A program made the position numbers and the translations under genes. A stretch of DNA of 62,375 nucleotides, the filler included, from Choristocarpus tenellus KU-1152 (Eukaryota > Protista > Phaeophyceae), in assembly GCA_964200185.2 (NCBI GenBank). It is 14 parts of 14 records of this genome, joined end to end, with 100 filler letters (N's around TTAATTAATTAA, not from the genome) between each part and the next. Parts side by side here need not be neighbours in the genome. Positions count along the whole stretch, not along the records: positions 1 to 6,756 come from CAXNAD020007419.1; positions 6,857 to 15,221 come from CAXNAD020004804.1; 12 more parts are not named here. One strand, given 5' to 3'. The notes beneath the pieces are model-generated. The model saw only the letters and a program-made list of their open reading frames with translations, ran no database searches and had not been told where the DNA came from. This document shows, piece after piece, positions 1 through 12,101 of this stretch (its first letter is position 1; the number at the start of each line of letters is the position of its first letter).

Positions 1-190
1 GGGGTGGGGGGGAGGGGGGGGGGGGGGGGTGGGGGGGGGGTCTACACCAGGGTGTCCATTTGGGCTATGGTCAGGAAAGGTTCACTTACATTATCCATCC
101 GCCACATGCAACCAAATCATCCAAAAATTGCGACATGGGAAAATGGGCTCCTAATGGACAGCCGCCACTCCCCCCCAGATACTTTGATCC
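1..190 (+). mobile_element. MITE family B (poly-G TIR), 5' end cut by window edge
   Basis: G-run-TCTACACCAGGGTGTCCATTTGGG...AATGGACAGCCGCCACTCCCCCCAGATACTTTGATCC; same as copies at 432, 6536, 11148. Confidence 0.9.
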
Positions 191-194
191 ATTT

Positions 195-324
195 GTCTGT
201 TTTTAATATTTCGACATAATTCGGAAAATATTATATATACAAATATGTGAAAAAGTCAAATTTTGTACATACTTGCCTAGATCCTTCAAATGCAACTCTG
301 GGTAACCCTCACTTACTTTGACTC
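195..324 (+). mobile_element. MITE family C, partial (right end)
   Basis: ...AAATGCAACTCT...TTACTTTGACTC matches the right end of the 7285-7527 element. Confidence 0.7.
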
Positions 325-329
325 ATATT

Positions 330-743
330 GAGTCAAATCATTTTAGAGGGTAGGGTCGTGTCCGTCCGGGGCCATAAATCCAATGTTGTGTTCATTAGCA
401 AGTATCAATATCCTTGTTCCAGATACATCTTGGCTCAAAGTGTCTGGCGGGGGGGGGGGGTCTACACCAGGGTGTCCAATTGGGCTATGACCAGAAAAAG
501 TTCACTTACATTATCCATCCGCGACATGCAACCAAATCACCCAAAAATTGCGACATGGAAAAATGGGCCCCAAATGGACAGTCGCCACTCCCACCCAGAT
601 ACTTTGATCTCCTTTCGTAGTCATACATTTTAGGTAAACTGTGTTCACAAGGAAACCGGAAGAGAGCATAAAAAAACTGTGGAAAGTCAAGCCCTGAACG
701 AATAAAGAGGGCAAAACTCCTACCCTCTTAAATGCTTTGACTC
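330..743 (+). mobile_element. MITE family A with nested family-B copy
   Basis: Termini GAGTCAAATCATTTTAGAGGGTAG / CTACCCTCTTAAATGCTTTGACTC; TSD ATT/ATT; interior interrupted at 432-610. Confidence 0.88.
432..610 (+). mobile_element. MITE family B, complete, nested in family A
   Basis: GGCTCAAAGTGTCTGG(G)n ... CCCAGATACTTTGATC; flanks CTT / (C)CTT. Confidence 0.9.
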
Positions 744-1323
744 ATTACTGTGCAGAAATTGTTGGGGGGTTATCAGCGAGGTGCTTCGGGTGAGGCTTGG
801 TGAGTGGGGGTCAGAGCAGCAAATTGATGAGGTAGTGGTTTATGGTAAGCCTGTTGAAGTGATTTTTTTCTGCTGAGGAATCCTACGATGAGGACCAAAA
901 AAATGTAGTTGACGTTATCTTTTTAGAAGGGTAGGTGCCATAAATTGCACCGTTCGGTTTTGAGTCCAAAAACGGTGTGGGTTCTATTTCGACTCCCAGG
1001 AGAGAGAATTTTGATCCTACTACGAATTGCCCTTTTTAAAACTGAAATAACCAAGATACACTTTTTTTTTTGTCTATTCCCCAATAATTTTTGAGATATA
1101 TGTGTGAGGGGAGTAGTAGTAATGCATAATCACGGGCAATAAATACTTCGAACAATCTCCTTGGTTTCCTTTGTAGGGCTAGGTTGCAAGCAAAGCAGTG
1201 TGAAGGTTGGATATAGTGAAAACCATTCTCCGAGAGTACATTATTGTATAGTTGATTTTAATGTAGTAGATATTTAAGGAGGTGACCTTCGCAATGATAG
1301 CAACTATTGTATCCACAGTTGTT

Positions 1324-1582
1324 GAGTAAAAGTATCTTAAGGGGTAGAGCCGCGTCCGTTTGGGGGCCAAAATCCAATATTGCGATTTTGATGTAAATTT
1401 GACTATTGTGCTTGTTTGCAAGTGTCAATATCCTTGTTCCGAACTCACCTTTTCACAACATACACATTTTACGTACTCCGAAACATTTTGGAGTTAGGAA
1501 AATGTCATAGAGAATCCGTGGGAAGCCAAGCCCCAAATGGATAAACAGGGCAAAATTCGTACCCTCTAAGACACTTTCACTC
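1324..1582 (+). mobile_element. MITE family A, complete (~260 bp)
   Basis: TIR GAGTAAAAGTATCTTAAGGGGTA / TACCCTCTAAGACACTTTCACTC; TSD GTT/GTT; central palindrome TACTCCGAAA..TTTTGGAGT. Confidence 0.92.
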
Positions 1583-1656
1583 GTTGGAGTATAGTTTTTG
1601 CTCCCTGCTCCCCACCTCCCCCCCTGACACATATCTACAACAGCGTTAGAGAGCAT

Positions 1657-1755
1657 CTATTTTGGAGTAAGTAAAATGTCATACAAATCCCATGGGAATC
1701 CAAGTCCCAAATGGACAAACAGGGCAAACTCCTACCCTCTAAGATACTTTCACTC
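1657..1755 (+). mobile_element. MITE family A, right half only
   Basis: Starts at the central palindrome, ends TACCCTCTAAGATACTTTCACTC. Confidence 0.85.
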
Positions 1756-2226
1756 TTTCTGTAGAAAAGAGGGTTGGCTGCGATCATACCATCTACTGAC
1801 GCACAAGTATACAGTCATACAGTTTGAGGTTCTTTTCCCAAAACTTCAGTTCCACAAACAGTGGAGGATCTTCAGAGCGACATGTGACCGGTTTCTGTAA
1901 CATCTATTCAAGCGCCCATTTTCCAAAGGCGGACTCTCAAAGTTTACCCCTCACTGAAAAGTTCCATTTTAGGGCCTCATCTGAACCGTGATCCTGTCCA
2001 CTTATTCATATTTGTTCTTAACCTCGTCCTCTCAGTTGAGGTTCATCTCGTTGTCTTGGTCTGTCTGGTCTGTCTTGCCCGGTCATTCTCTTCACCATCC
2101 TTGTCTAAGTGAGCCATGCCGCCCAGAATAATAAAGTTTGCCGTAACTTGGGAGTTGCATAGTATTGCCTAGAACTAAATATGCCTGTTTTAGGATCGTC
2201 TAATTGGGCACGGAATAATCCTTGAC

Positions 2227-2670
2227 ATGATGACTACAGATGAAACAACAGGTTATTCCTTTGGCGTAGCTGGGAACCTTGTTCGCCGGACTGCACTGTT
2301 CAAAGTCGTTAACGATATCATGTATGTGATCCCGCACAGGGGTGTCACAAGCAGGGTTCTGAGGACTGTACGACAGACTGGATTATGGGAAAGAACGAGA
2401 GGATGGGGTAGAATGTGCAAAGGGAAAGAGCAGAGCTCGACTTACCCTGCCAAGCGTACCCAGATTAGTAAGTTGATTCTGAACACGACTAAGGAGGATG
2501 GAGAGAGTGAGCTGAGTAAGGTGAACCCCATCGCTCCCAAAGGAATTGGGGATGACATTTCCCGAGTATTAGAAACCGATGAGGATGTAGAAGAGACTGA
2601 TAAAGAGCAGGAGGAGAATGTGAATGAAGAGGTGGATGGAGACATGGTAACCCGTGTTGTAGAGGTGTGA
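2227..2670 (+). CDS. Possible intron-less ORF (147 aa) with acidic C-terminus, function unknown
   Basis: ATG-initiated ORF with D/E-rich tail; no recognisable motif; may be a relic. Confidence 0.25.
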   Translation: MMTTDETTGYSFGVAGNLVRRTALFKVVNDIMYVIPHRGVTSRVLRTVRQTGLWERTRGWGRMCKGKEQSSTYPAKRTQISKLILNTTKEDGESELSKVNPIAPKGIGDDISRVLETDEDVEETDKEQEENVNEEVDGDMVTRVVEV

Positions 2671-3590
2671 AGGAACACTGAGCCTACGTGAGTGAGCACA
2701 AAACACCACAATACTTTAATTGTTCAGTAACCCAGACATCAATGAATAAGAAGGTCTAGAAGGGCCAGTCACATGCATGGATACATGTTACTTCGTGTCT
2801 GCCATGAGCCGAATGCACTGGATATATTTTCCCTCTTTACCGTTCATGCCTGTTATGCCAAATAATTCAAAATACTTCACAGCCATCTCAACAGTAAATG
2901 TTGTGTTTCTCGATTCCTGTATCACTCCCAACAGCGCGTACTTCTGTGCAGATGCGAATTCTGCAACGGGACCAGAAAGCAAGTTTAATAATATGAACGT
3001 TTAAACCGGCTAATTTACAAATTGAAGAGCAGGTAATACTCCAATTTTATTTGACAATATTGAAAGTCTAAGCCTGTGACATTACCTCGCTTCATTTATG
3101 CACTACATGCTTCTTAATAAAATATTGTGCTAGTGTATTATTGCTACCTACTACACACCACAAAAACTTATGCACTTGCAATATCTGGTAGTACATTTTT
3201 CCTTGTGCAAAAATTCAAATATCACTTATTTTCCAGCGATATGTAATTTCCACCCCAATCCAACAATATAAAAAAAACGTAACAACTCCGCACCATAAGA
3301 TACTAATCGAAAATCAATTTGCTCATACCAAAAGATGCCCCTTGCCCTCAGCTTTCACCTCATCATACATTTTTTATTCGATTTAAGCAAGAATTTCGGA
3401 TATCATGGTAATATTCCTACTATTGAAATAGTTCCTTCCATAATAGTTAATCAGTTATTAGAGGAGGTACGCAATTCATAGGTGTTGTCATGTGGAATTT
3501 TGTGAGTCGTTGAAGAAACAGGACTGTCAAAGGAATTTAGATTTCACTGGAAATAATTAAATTTTACGGTATCGTGGCAAAAAGCTAAAA

Positions 3591-3663
3591 TTCGCCTGGC
3601 GGGATTTGAACCCGCAACCCTGAGCTCATAAGACTCATAATCTGCCGATTGATATACAGGCGA
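3591..3663 (-). tRNA. trnI-UAU: tRNA-Ile(UAU), intron-less, atypical D-arm (possibly pseudo- or virus-type)
   Basis: Minus strand TCGCCTG TA TATC AATCGGCA GATT A TGAGT CTTATGA GCTCA GGGTT GCGGG TTCAAAT CCCGC CAGGCGA A: perfect 7-bp acceptor, 5-bp anticodon and T stems, anticodon TAT, T-runs downstream. Confidence 0.85.
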
Positions 3664-5692
3664 CCCGCTATTCGTTAGGAAGAAGAGGACAAACACAATA
3701 TATATTACTATTACGAAATACTTATTGCGACATTCACTATTATCAAATAGTTTCATAATCTCAAAACAGTTGTGTATAAAATGAAGAACAACGTAGAGCA
3801 GTGGTGAATTGGGCACTTCATGTCTAAGGGGTCACAAAATCACACATCAACACAAAATCAGTCGATAAAGCAAGGTTGAGGGGGTGGAGATTCCAGTTTT
3901 GGATCGGTGTTGTGATTTTGAATCAGATATCAATGTTTAGTCCTACTAGACTAAGCAACCTACTACGGAGTACATGTGTTGTGAAAGTGGTTGATTGGGT
4001 ATACATGGTTCAATGTTTGGAAAATCATATTGAAGCTATTGTCAGACGATTTGATTGAGTGAAGGTATGTTGCACAGGTGTGTGGTCTTCATTCCCTAGT
4101 GTGCAGGAAGAGGTTGCAAAGCAGAGAGATAAAAAAATCAAGAAGATTAATGAAAAAAATATGTCAGAAGAAACATCAATGCAGAAGAGAAAACGGGGGA
4201 ATTCGAGCACAACAAATATGTGAAAGGCTATTGGTATATGTATTTCCGACCAGCGCTCTATCTACTGTGGGCTGAGCTATGTCCAGGGACAGTCCAAAAG
4301 GGAAAAGCCACAGTCACCGTAGGTTCAGTGTAACAAACGTAGCTTGAGAATACATCGACGGTTTTCAGTTGAATTACGGCTTCTGAAGACTGAGTACGTT
4401 TCAGGCTACAATTATGGTTCCTATATCCATCTCTGCAGTCTGCCCTCAGTCGTACATATAACTTCAAATGATCAAAATTGTGTTTATTCCAACTACAGCC
4501 TAACATTCAACCCGTTTCTGTTAGTTGCAGGCATCTTCCCTGCACAAGGAGCCATTATGAAGCCTCATGATCGACCTAGAGGTTTGAGGACTGGTGGTGC
4601 ATATGTTACAAAATGCTCCGCAAGCTTACCATGGTGGGATACGCAGCTCCAATCCATAATAATGCATGTGGATCACGAAGCTCGTACAAGGCTCCATGAT
4701 ACATGTCGCCAAGTATGCTGGATCTCTCACTTCGATTATCCCCTTCGTAAGTATCATCATCAGGGTATAAAAGGAACTGGCAACGGTATACCACCTTGAT
4801 GCAACATCATATTGACTAAATAATAATAAATAGTCAAGAAGTACAAATATATAAAATCTAGGATTTCAAGGTCATAATGACGTTTATGAAACCGCCATCA
4901 AGACATATCGCCTGTAACACATATATCATCACCGTAAGAAGCTCCTGAGTGCATTGATATCAGCATGGGAAGCTTAAGTCATTATCAACTGTAGCACCAT
5001 TTTACCTACTATCCATTCTCCACAAAACACAGGCATCACCAGTGGTACCAGAGAGACTCAATCCCTAAGATAAAAAAACAGGTTCAACGGCTACCACGAA
5101 TGGAGCCTCAACTCACTTTAACACGAGTCAGCACCACAACAACAAAAACGAAAAATTAAAAAACAGCGAATGGGCACAGGCACATCCTGATACTATCCGC
5201 GTAGGCATGGAGAACATATTGCATATAAATAATGGGCGAGCTTCTCGTATTACACTCACCATGGAAATTAAATTATTGCGGAGAATGTATGCGCCTTATC
5301 CCTGCCCACTTTTCTTCGCCCTCTACTGACATCTGTGTCAAACCTCCACACATCTTCCAACAGTATGTACGTAGTAGAAGGGGGATAGCCTGAGTGATCA
5401 AAATCCATACAGTCTTCATCAAAGGATTTCTCATAGACCTATTCGTGCAGTATCCCATATTCTGGAGATACCTGATAGGAGCTGCGTTTGGCCCACTATT
5501 CCGTCTTGTCACCCATCGTATTCTGTTATACTCCCTGTCAACTACTCTTTGTCTACTACTCTGACACCCATCGTAATCTGTTATACTCCCGTAGCACTTC
5601 ACCCTACACACAAACAGCATGCAGTTGGCATACATAAATGTGTCACAGGCGATATGTCTTGATGGCGGTTTCATAAACACCATTATGACATT

Positions 5693-6211
5693 GAGTCAAA
5701 GTATCTTAGAGGGTAGGGCCGCGTCCATTTGGGAGCGAAAGAGTAAAAGTATCTTAGAGGGTATGAGTTTTTCCCTGTTTGTCCATTTGGGGCTTGGCTT
5801 CCCATGTTTTTTATTATAACATTTTCCTACTCCAAAATATTTGGAGTAGGTAAAATGTATACATTATGAAAAGGTGTGTCCGGAACATAGACATTGACAC
5901 TTCCTAACAAACACAAAAGCCAAAATTACGTTAAAATCGTAACATTGGATTTTGACCCCCAAATGGACGCGGCTCTACCCTCTAAGATAATTTGGCTCAA
6001 AATCCAATGCTGTGATTTTGATGTAGTTTTGCCTATCATGCTTGTTAGGAAGTGTCAATATCCTTGTTCCGGATGCACCTTTTCACAACGTATACATTTT
6101 CTTACTCCAAACCTTTTTGGGAGTAGGAAAATGTCATAAAGAACCCATGGGAAGCCAAGCCCCAAATGGACAAACAGGGCAAAACTCGTACCCTCTAAGA
6201 TACTTTCACTC
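5693..6211 (+). mobile_element. MITE family A (outer) carrying an inverted family-A copy
   Basis: TSD ATT/ATT; the empty site is visible in the inverted paralog at ~4868. Confidence 0.93.
5741..5998 (-). mobile_element. MITE family A (inner, opposite orientation)
   Basis: GAGTAAAAGTATCTTAGAGGGTA ... TACCCTCTAAGATAATTTGGCTC; TSD AAA/AAA. Confidence 0.93.
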
Positions 6212-6535
6212 ATTGAAGTTGTAGATTTGATATATTTGTACTTCTTGATTATTTATTTATTATTTGGTTATTATGGTCCCCGATTGTAATAAGATATCGT
6301 TGATCAGTTCCTTTTTATATCATGTTTTTTACGATAATCCAAGTGAGAGATCCAGCATACTTGACGACTTGTGCATCAGGAGTCCTATACGTACGTCAGT
6401 ATCATCTATAAGACCGCAGATTGGAGCTATACATCCTGGGGAGGTAAACTTTCTGGGGCACCTGTAACAAATGTGCTTGATTCTTACAACACAACCACCA
6501 TCCTTTGTCACTCCAATTCATCTTGTATTTGGAAG

Positions 6536-6710
6536 GGTTCAAAGTATCTGGGGGGGGGGGTCTGCACCAGGGTGTCCATTCGGGCCCTGACCAGGAAAAG
6601 TGGACTTACATTATCCATCCACCACATGCAACCAAATCACCCAAAAATTGCGACATGGAATGCTGGGCCCCGAATGGACAGCTGCTACCCCTCCCAGGTA
6701 CTTTGAGCCC
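6536..6710 (+). mobile_element. MITE family B, complete (~175 bp)
   Basis: GGTTCAAAGTATCTG(G)n ... CCCAGGTACTTTGAGCC. Confidence 0.9.
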
Positions 6711-6756
6711 AGGATCAAACTATGAGCACCTGGTCAAAGAATCAGGAGGGGGGTGG

Positions 6757-6856
6757 NNNNNNNNNNNNNNNNNNNNNNNNNNNNNNNNNNNNNNNNNNNN
6801 TTAATTAATTAANNNNNNNNNNNNNNNNNNNNNNNNNNNNNNNNNNNNNNNNNNNN
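6757..6856. other. Artificial contig linker (N44-TTAATTAATTAA-N44); 13 such linkers in the window
   Basis: Identical six-frame-stop spacers start at 6757, 15222, 18188, 22497, 26449, 29460, 33040, 36993, 40966, 43578, 47595, 55851, 59351; neighbouring contigs need not be adjacent in the genome. Confidence 0.97.
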
Positions 6857-6996
6857 TTAAGTAATGAAAAGGTGTGTCCAGAACATGGATATTGACACTT
6901 CCTAACAAACACAATACCAAACATTGCATCAAAATCGCAACATTGGATTTTGACCGCCAAATGGACGCGACTCTACCCTCTCAGATACTTTGGCTC
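6857..6996 (-). mobile_element. MITE family A, partial at contig start
   Basis: Ends CTACCCTCTCAGATACTTTGGCTC. Confidence 0.88.
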
Positions 6997-7284
6997 CGAC
7001 CTCTTGCAACCACAGTAGTATATGTGGGGCACGTATTGGCTGATTGCCCTCTCCACTTCATTGAATACCTACCAATGAGTGCACACCGAACTGCCCCATT
7101 TTCATTACCCCCGCACAACCGAAGACACACATCCAATTTCAACAAAAAAAGCACCACTATCACACATGCCAAACACCTATCATCACCTTTGATACGCAAG
7201 TAGTGGCTAGTGACTTGCACACCACCTACTACCCTATCCCGCCTTTAGTCATCAAACATGCTCAGTACCAACATAAACAGCTCA

Positions 7285-7527
7285 GAGCCAAAGTAAACGA
7301 GAGGTACCGAGATTTTTACCGACTTGCATTTTAGGTGTATTTTTTGAGCTTTTGCAATTCACTCACATTTCTATGGATGAAGTTTTAATGTTGACGTCAG
7401 AGCATTTATTTCTCTATTTTTTTAGACTTTTTTAACACAATTCAGAAAGTATCCTGTACAAATTGTAAAAAAAAAAATGCACATTTTGTCAACATCCTTT
7501 AAATGCAACTCTCGTTTACTTTGACTC
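7285..7527 (+). mobile_element. MITE family C, complete (~243 bp)
   Basis: 19-bp TIR GAGCCAAAGTAAACGAGAG / CTCTCGTTTACTTTGACTC; TSD TCA/TCA. Confidence 0.88.
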
Positions 7528-10407
7528 TCAAGTAGTCACAGTTTCAAGGTCAACCATAAGTACGGGCGAAATTCAAGGTTCCTTTTGCCGTAACAGGTCC
7601 CCAGGTTTCCTTCACCTCTGGCCTACTTGTCAAGCACAATCGTTAATGTCATGATGACTCAGTTCATGCAACACAAACTACACTCTCCTCACAGTGTGTT
7701 TTTCTCATCCCCAGGTCAAATATATGCCACAGACGGAGCACTCTCAACACATTATCACCACTCTATTGCCACAACTCTTGCCCATCCTAAGTATGTTTCA
7801 AAGTAGCACAATGTAGTTATAAGGGAGGGAAGCAAGAGGGGGTGGCAAAGAGTGACTGAAGGTCAGGGATCATCGCCAAATCAGAATCTAAACCCCTGTG
7901 AACAAAGTCACATTACAGATCCCCTCAAGCTGCATGTGGTCCAAACACTTACTGAGATGTTAATTATGTGAGATTATCCCTTCTAGTATATTTCAAAGTA
8001 TGCACATTTCCAGCTTATTGGTTTTGCCCCTACTAACTTACAAATGCTTCCAGAAGTGTGAGAAGCAGGCATTTTCCCCACGCACGTTCCAAACCTATGC
8101 AGTTGGTGTCAATAAATCATTAAAGATCCAAAACGGGTTTAATAGATCGAAAAAGAAGTAAAACAGATTCAGTAGGGCGGAAAGCAACCAAAAACAGTAA
8201 GGGGTTCCATACATTGGGAGGCATTTGAACGTATGATATATCAACATTCGTCGTACCTTGCGCGAGCTTTCTTCCATATTTCAAACGTACCTGTGCATCT
8301 AACATCTTAGGACCCTTACCACTCTTGAGCATCGCAAACTGGCTAGCACTCAAAGTTCTTAGAGTTTCAGGGGCTGAACACAGAGACTGTGACAGACAGG
8401 GTGTGTCTCCACATTTATCTCACATTTACTTCACATTTGCTCAAACACCCTGAAAAGTTGGTTCCTACAGTGTAGCCCACATCAAAAGACAGGGAACAAC
8501 AGGTACCTTCAAAAATGGGAAGGTGGATATGTAGGGGGTAGATACGCTATATATTGGAGTAGAATGTTCGTGGTGTTGGTGTGTGCTTTTGTCACTTGTA
8601 GTTGGAAATTATTGAATCTTCTACAAATATAAAACTATCTAAATATTGCTGCCTTTTAGTGAAACTACAAATTGAATGCCTGACTACCACTCACCGCATG
8701 CACCGGGTGGCCATGTTGCGTACAGGTTTGAGTGTGGATAAAAAAATTGAGATAAATGTCTTCTGTTTGAGAAGATTAATCAGTTATATATAGGCAGCCC
8801 TCACATCAACTTTACCATCTCTTCCATGGTGTTTGTGTCACTCTTGTGCCTATTAAGATATTGCCGTGATCCTTGTTTCCTTGATTGTCAAAGACATCAC
8901 GACACCCTCATTTGTCAAGTGGTGAGCAGTGGAAATAGTAGTTACTATTTGCCTGCACCACAGTTATGCGTCCCATCGGTGTCTTTCAAGCGAAAGTACG
9001 TTGTGCCTTTTTCTCCGTTCGTTGTCGTTTCCCTCGGGGGTCTTGAGGTGTTAGTAGTAACTTTGAACTGAGTATGTTGGGTGAATTTCCCACCTTGTAT
9101 GTAACCAGAAGGAGTTTCGATCTTATGGTTGGATGGTTGGATTGTATAATGACAAAAAAGGCAATAATGAGAAACACTGGACTACTGCTGGAGGTATTAC
9201 CACCCCAAAACGAGCAGGTGCACCAGGGATGTCATAGCCAGTATTCCCACAAGAATCTCGCTCAGAAGAACTTTTTTCCTATGGAGGAATGCTTCCTGTT
9301 TAATGTCCTTTCACTATTGGAGGGCGGCATGGTGGACTCATCATCGTTAGAGTTCAGGGGTTTACTAAAGTTCTAACAAAAGCTAATCCCTGGCGATAGG
9401 AAGTTGTTATACTTGGAGGTTTTGCCCGAGGATCACTATCCCTCCAATCAGTTAAATACTTTGGCGGTACTAGTGCGAAGATGGGTATATCCTGCTAGCG
9501 TGCTTAGCCTCTCAACCATGCCGGATTTCGATCTCACAAGATCAGCATTAGTTACAACTTCACTGGACCAGTGGGGAACCCTAAAATGAGTCAGCTCTAA
9601 TGTTTTATGTTCTTCCACAGCTTACTAATGTTCCAACACACAACAACTGCCACATGTATAAACAAGTCAGACTCAGCGTGATCGAAGACAAATCTCTATG
9701 AAAGTAAATGTATGAAAAAAAAATATAGGACTGAGAAACCTCGACTAACCATAAAATATACACGTATAAATGCGCCACAAGGCGTTAAAACCTTCTGTTT
9801 TGATGTAGCTTCCTCCAGGACTGATAGTGTGTACAAAAAAAACAACACGAAATCTGCTCGGTGGCGAGCGCGAGTCCGTCCGCTTGGCCAAGTCCGTTCA
9901 TCGTGCGTTGTAATATATAGACGTGAATGCACGACCAAAAATTGATCTAACATAATAATACACGTGTGGGGTGACCTCAACTATTTCACACCTTATCAGG
10001 TCTCGGGGGACGCCCACCATTGCTCTCCTTTTCATGCAAGGAAGATTCACCACATTGGATGGCCATCCTTACAAACCATATTAGTCCCAAGCACCGACAC
10101 TACTCGAGGACTACGTGTGATAATTAATAAGAACCAGGTCCAATCACTTTTTGTATGGTTGGCAGCAAGCCCACTATCCCCATCAGTCCATGCACACCCA
10201 ATGTGCAGGGGAAAACACACTCTCGAGTATATCTCGAACAATCGTTGCTGCCCCTACTATATGACAACATTATTTTGTGCACACACACTGACATTTTACA
10301 GATTTTGTCATGGGGGAGGAAGAGAAGCAACACTGCCAGACAGAGAATGCACCGAAGCTAGACATCAGACTCTCTATTGTGCACAAAAGGAGTCTTCGAA
10401 TCGACCT

Positions 10408-10443
<36 letters not shown>
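10408..10443. repeat. (GTA)n microsatellite
   Basis: About 12 GTA units. Confidence 0.95.
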
Positions 10444-11147
10444 TTATAACTGAAAGGAAGGCAATAACTTCTTCCACCCAATATATTACATCAGTGATAC
10501 AAATTACATTTCGCCAGAAGAACAAAAAGCACAAGATGAACATACACCTGAAGCATCGCATTTGTCGTTGATTCTCGATGCACACATGGAATGATGCTGT
10601 ACAGATGATGCATATAATTTGTAAGTCTAAACTGTTATTTATATTAAGCCTCTCTGGTACTAGATCGGAGAACTGACATACAGTCAAAACAATGTTTTAC
10701 ACTGCATATTATCTTTTAAAATACATGTTCTCAATCTATGACGCCTTCTCTTATCCTGAAAATGCAAATTTCAGTGTAGCATTGGCAGAGTACATTGCAT
10801 GTCAGCTGTGGACACTGGCTAAATCAAATATAGCAAGAGGTCCAAATGTGACCTTTCTTAAGATAATATGCCTTAGAGGCCACTGCTTACAACAACAGCG
10901 TACATTTTAGCACAGCCATTAAATTGTTAGTGCCATATTACCAAACATCAAGCATGATACATAGATCCCTTCAAGGATACCTTGCCTATTGACAAGCGAT
11001 AACACTCATACTTCACGAAGTATGTGAACGATCACATTTTTACTGAGTGCAGATGCAATACGAGAATTGCATGCTGGGGTTCGTTGCAGTTCACCGCAGG
11101 CCTCTCTAAGAGGATGCATAGTAGATGATGCGGCTGTTGAGTGGCTG

Positions 11148-11372
11148 GGCTCAAAGTATCTGGGCGGGGGTGGCGGCTGTCCATTTGGGGTCAAATTGTT
11201 TATGTCGCGATTTTTGGGTGATTTGGTTGCATGCGCCTGATGGATAATGTAAATCCATTTTTCTTGATTTTGACCCAAATGGACACCCTAATGTAGACCC
11301 CCCCCCCCCCCCCGCTACTTTTGGGCATTTACATATCCTCNNNNNNNNNNCCCCCCACAGATACTTTGGGTC
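11148..11372 (-). mobile_element. MITE family B with TSD CTG (internal 10-N gap)
   Basis: Filled GAGTGGCTG[B]CTGTGTAGG versus empty paralog GAGTGGCTGTGTAGG at ~11972. Confidence 0.9.
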
Positions 11373-11753
11373 CTGTGTAGGCCGGTTGGTGTTCCCAGGT
11401 TCGCTCAACTATGAATATAAAGCAACAATTGAGGAGTAGTGGGTGCAGATCAGTACATGCAAAAATATATGTACAGAAGAGAATTGCATTTTGACGGACA
11501 TTAGCTAGCGAATTCATATAGCAAGATGTGAAGCTCGATCTACAGCATGAGTAGTACTACTCCAAACGTGTGCTCCACCAGGAAGGGCTGCTCACAAGCA
11601 GTCACTGCTGAGATCGTTGGCGTTTGAGAGATAAGAGAAACAGTATTTCCTCCCTTTTTAAGAGATTTTCTGACTCGGTCAAATCAAACCTTCACGTCAA
11701 CATTCAATGCAACACCCTCTAGTGCGACTGTACAGACATGAAGCTGTGGCTCA

Positions 11754-11852
11754 GAGCCAAAGTATCTTAGAGGGTAGGGCCACGTCCATTTGGGGGACAA
11801 AATCCATTGTTGTGATTTTGAAGTAATTTTGGCTACTCTGTTTTTCAAGAAG
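11754..11852 (+). mobile_element. MITE family A, truncated at the duplication junction
   Basis: GAGCCAAAGTATCTTAGAGGGTAGGGCC..., stops at GAAGT. Confidence 0.85.
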
Positions 11853-12101
11853 TATGAACGATCACAATTTTACAGGATACAGAGATGCAACACCAGAACT
11901 GCTCCCTGGGGTTCGTTGCAGTTCACCACAGGCCACTCTAAAGGGTTACACAAGTAGATGATGCGGCCATTGAGTGGCTGTGTAGGTCGGTTGGTGTTCC
12001 TAGAGCAACGATTGATGAGTAGTGGGTGCAGATCAGTACTTACACACATTAGCATATATGTGGAGAAGCGAATTGCACTTTGAAGGATATTTGCTAAGGA
12101 T

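Larger units (their letters stand above)
4600..6480. repeat. Diverged inverted duplication: arm ~4600-4925 versus arm ~5635-5692 plus 6212-6480
   Basis: GGCGATATGTCTTGATGGCGGTTTCATAAAC and AAGTGAGAGATCCAGCATACTTG occur on opposite strands; right arm split by nested MITEs. Confidence 0.85.

Noticed and set aside
4-633. Recurrent ORFs such as MQPNHPKIATW, SQSILEGR, LGSVNILVPD
   Set aside because: Chance translations of MITE families A and B
6801-6812. Recurrent TTAATTAATTAA palindrome
   Set aside because: Always centred in N-runs; artificial linker
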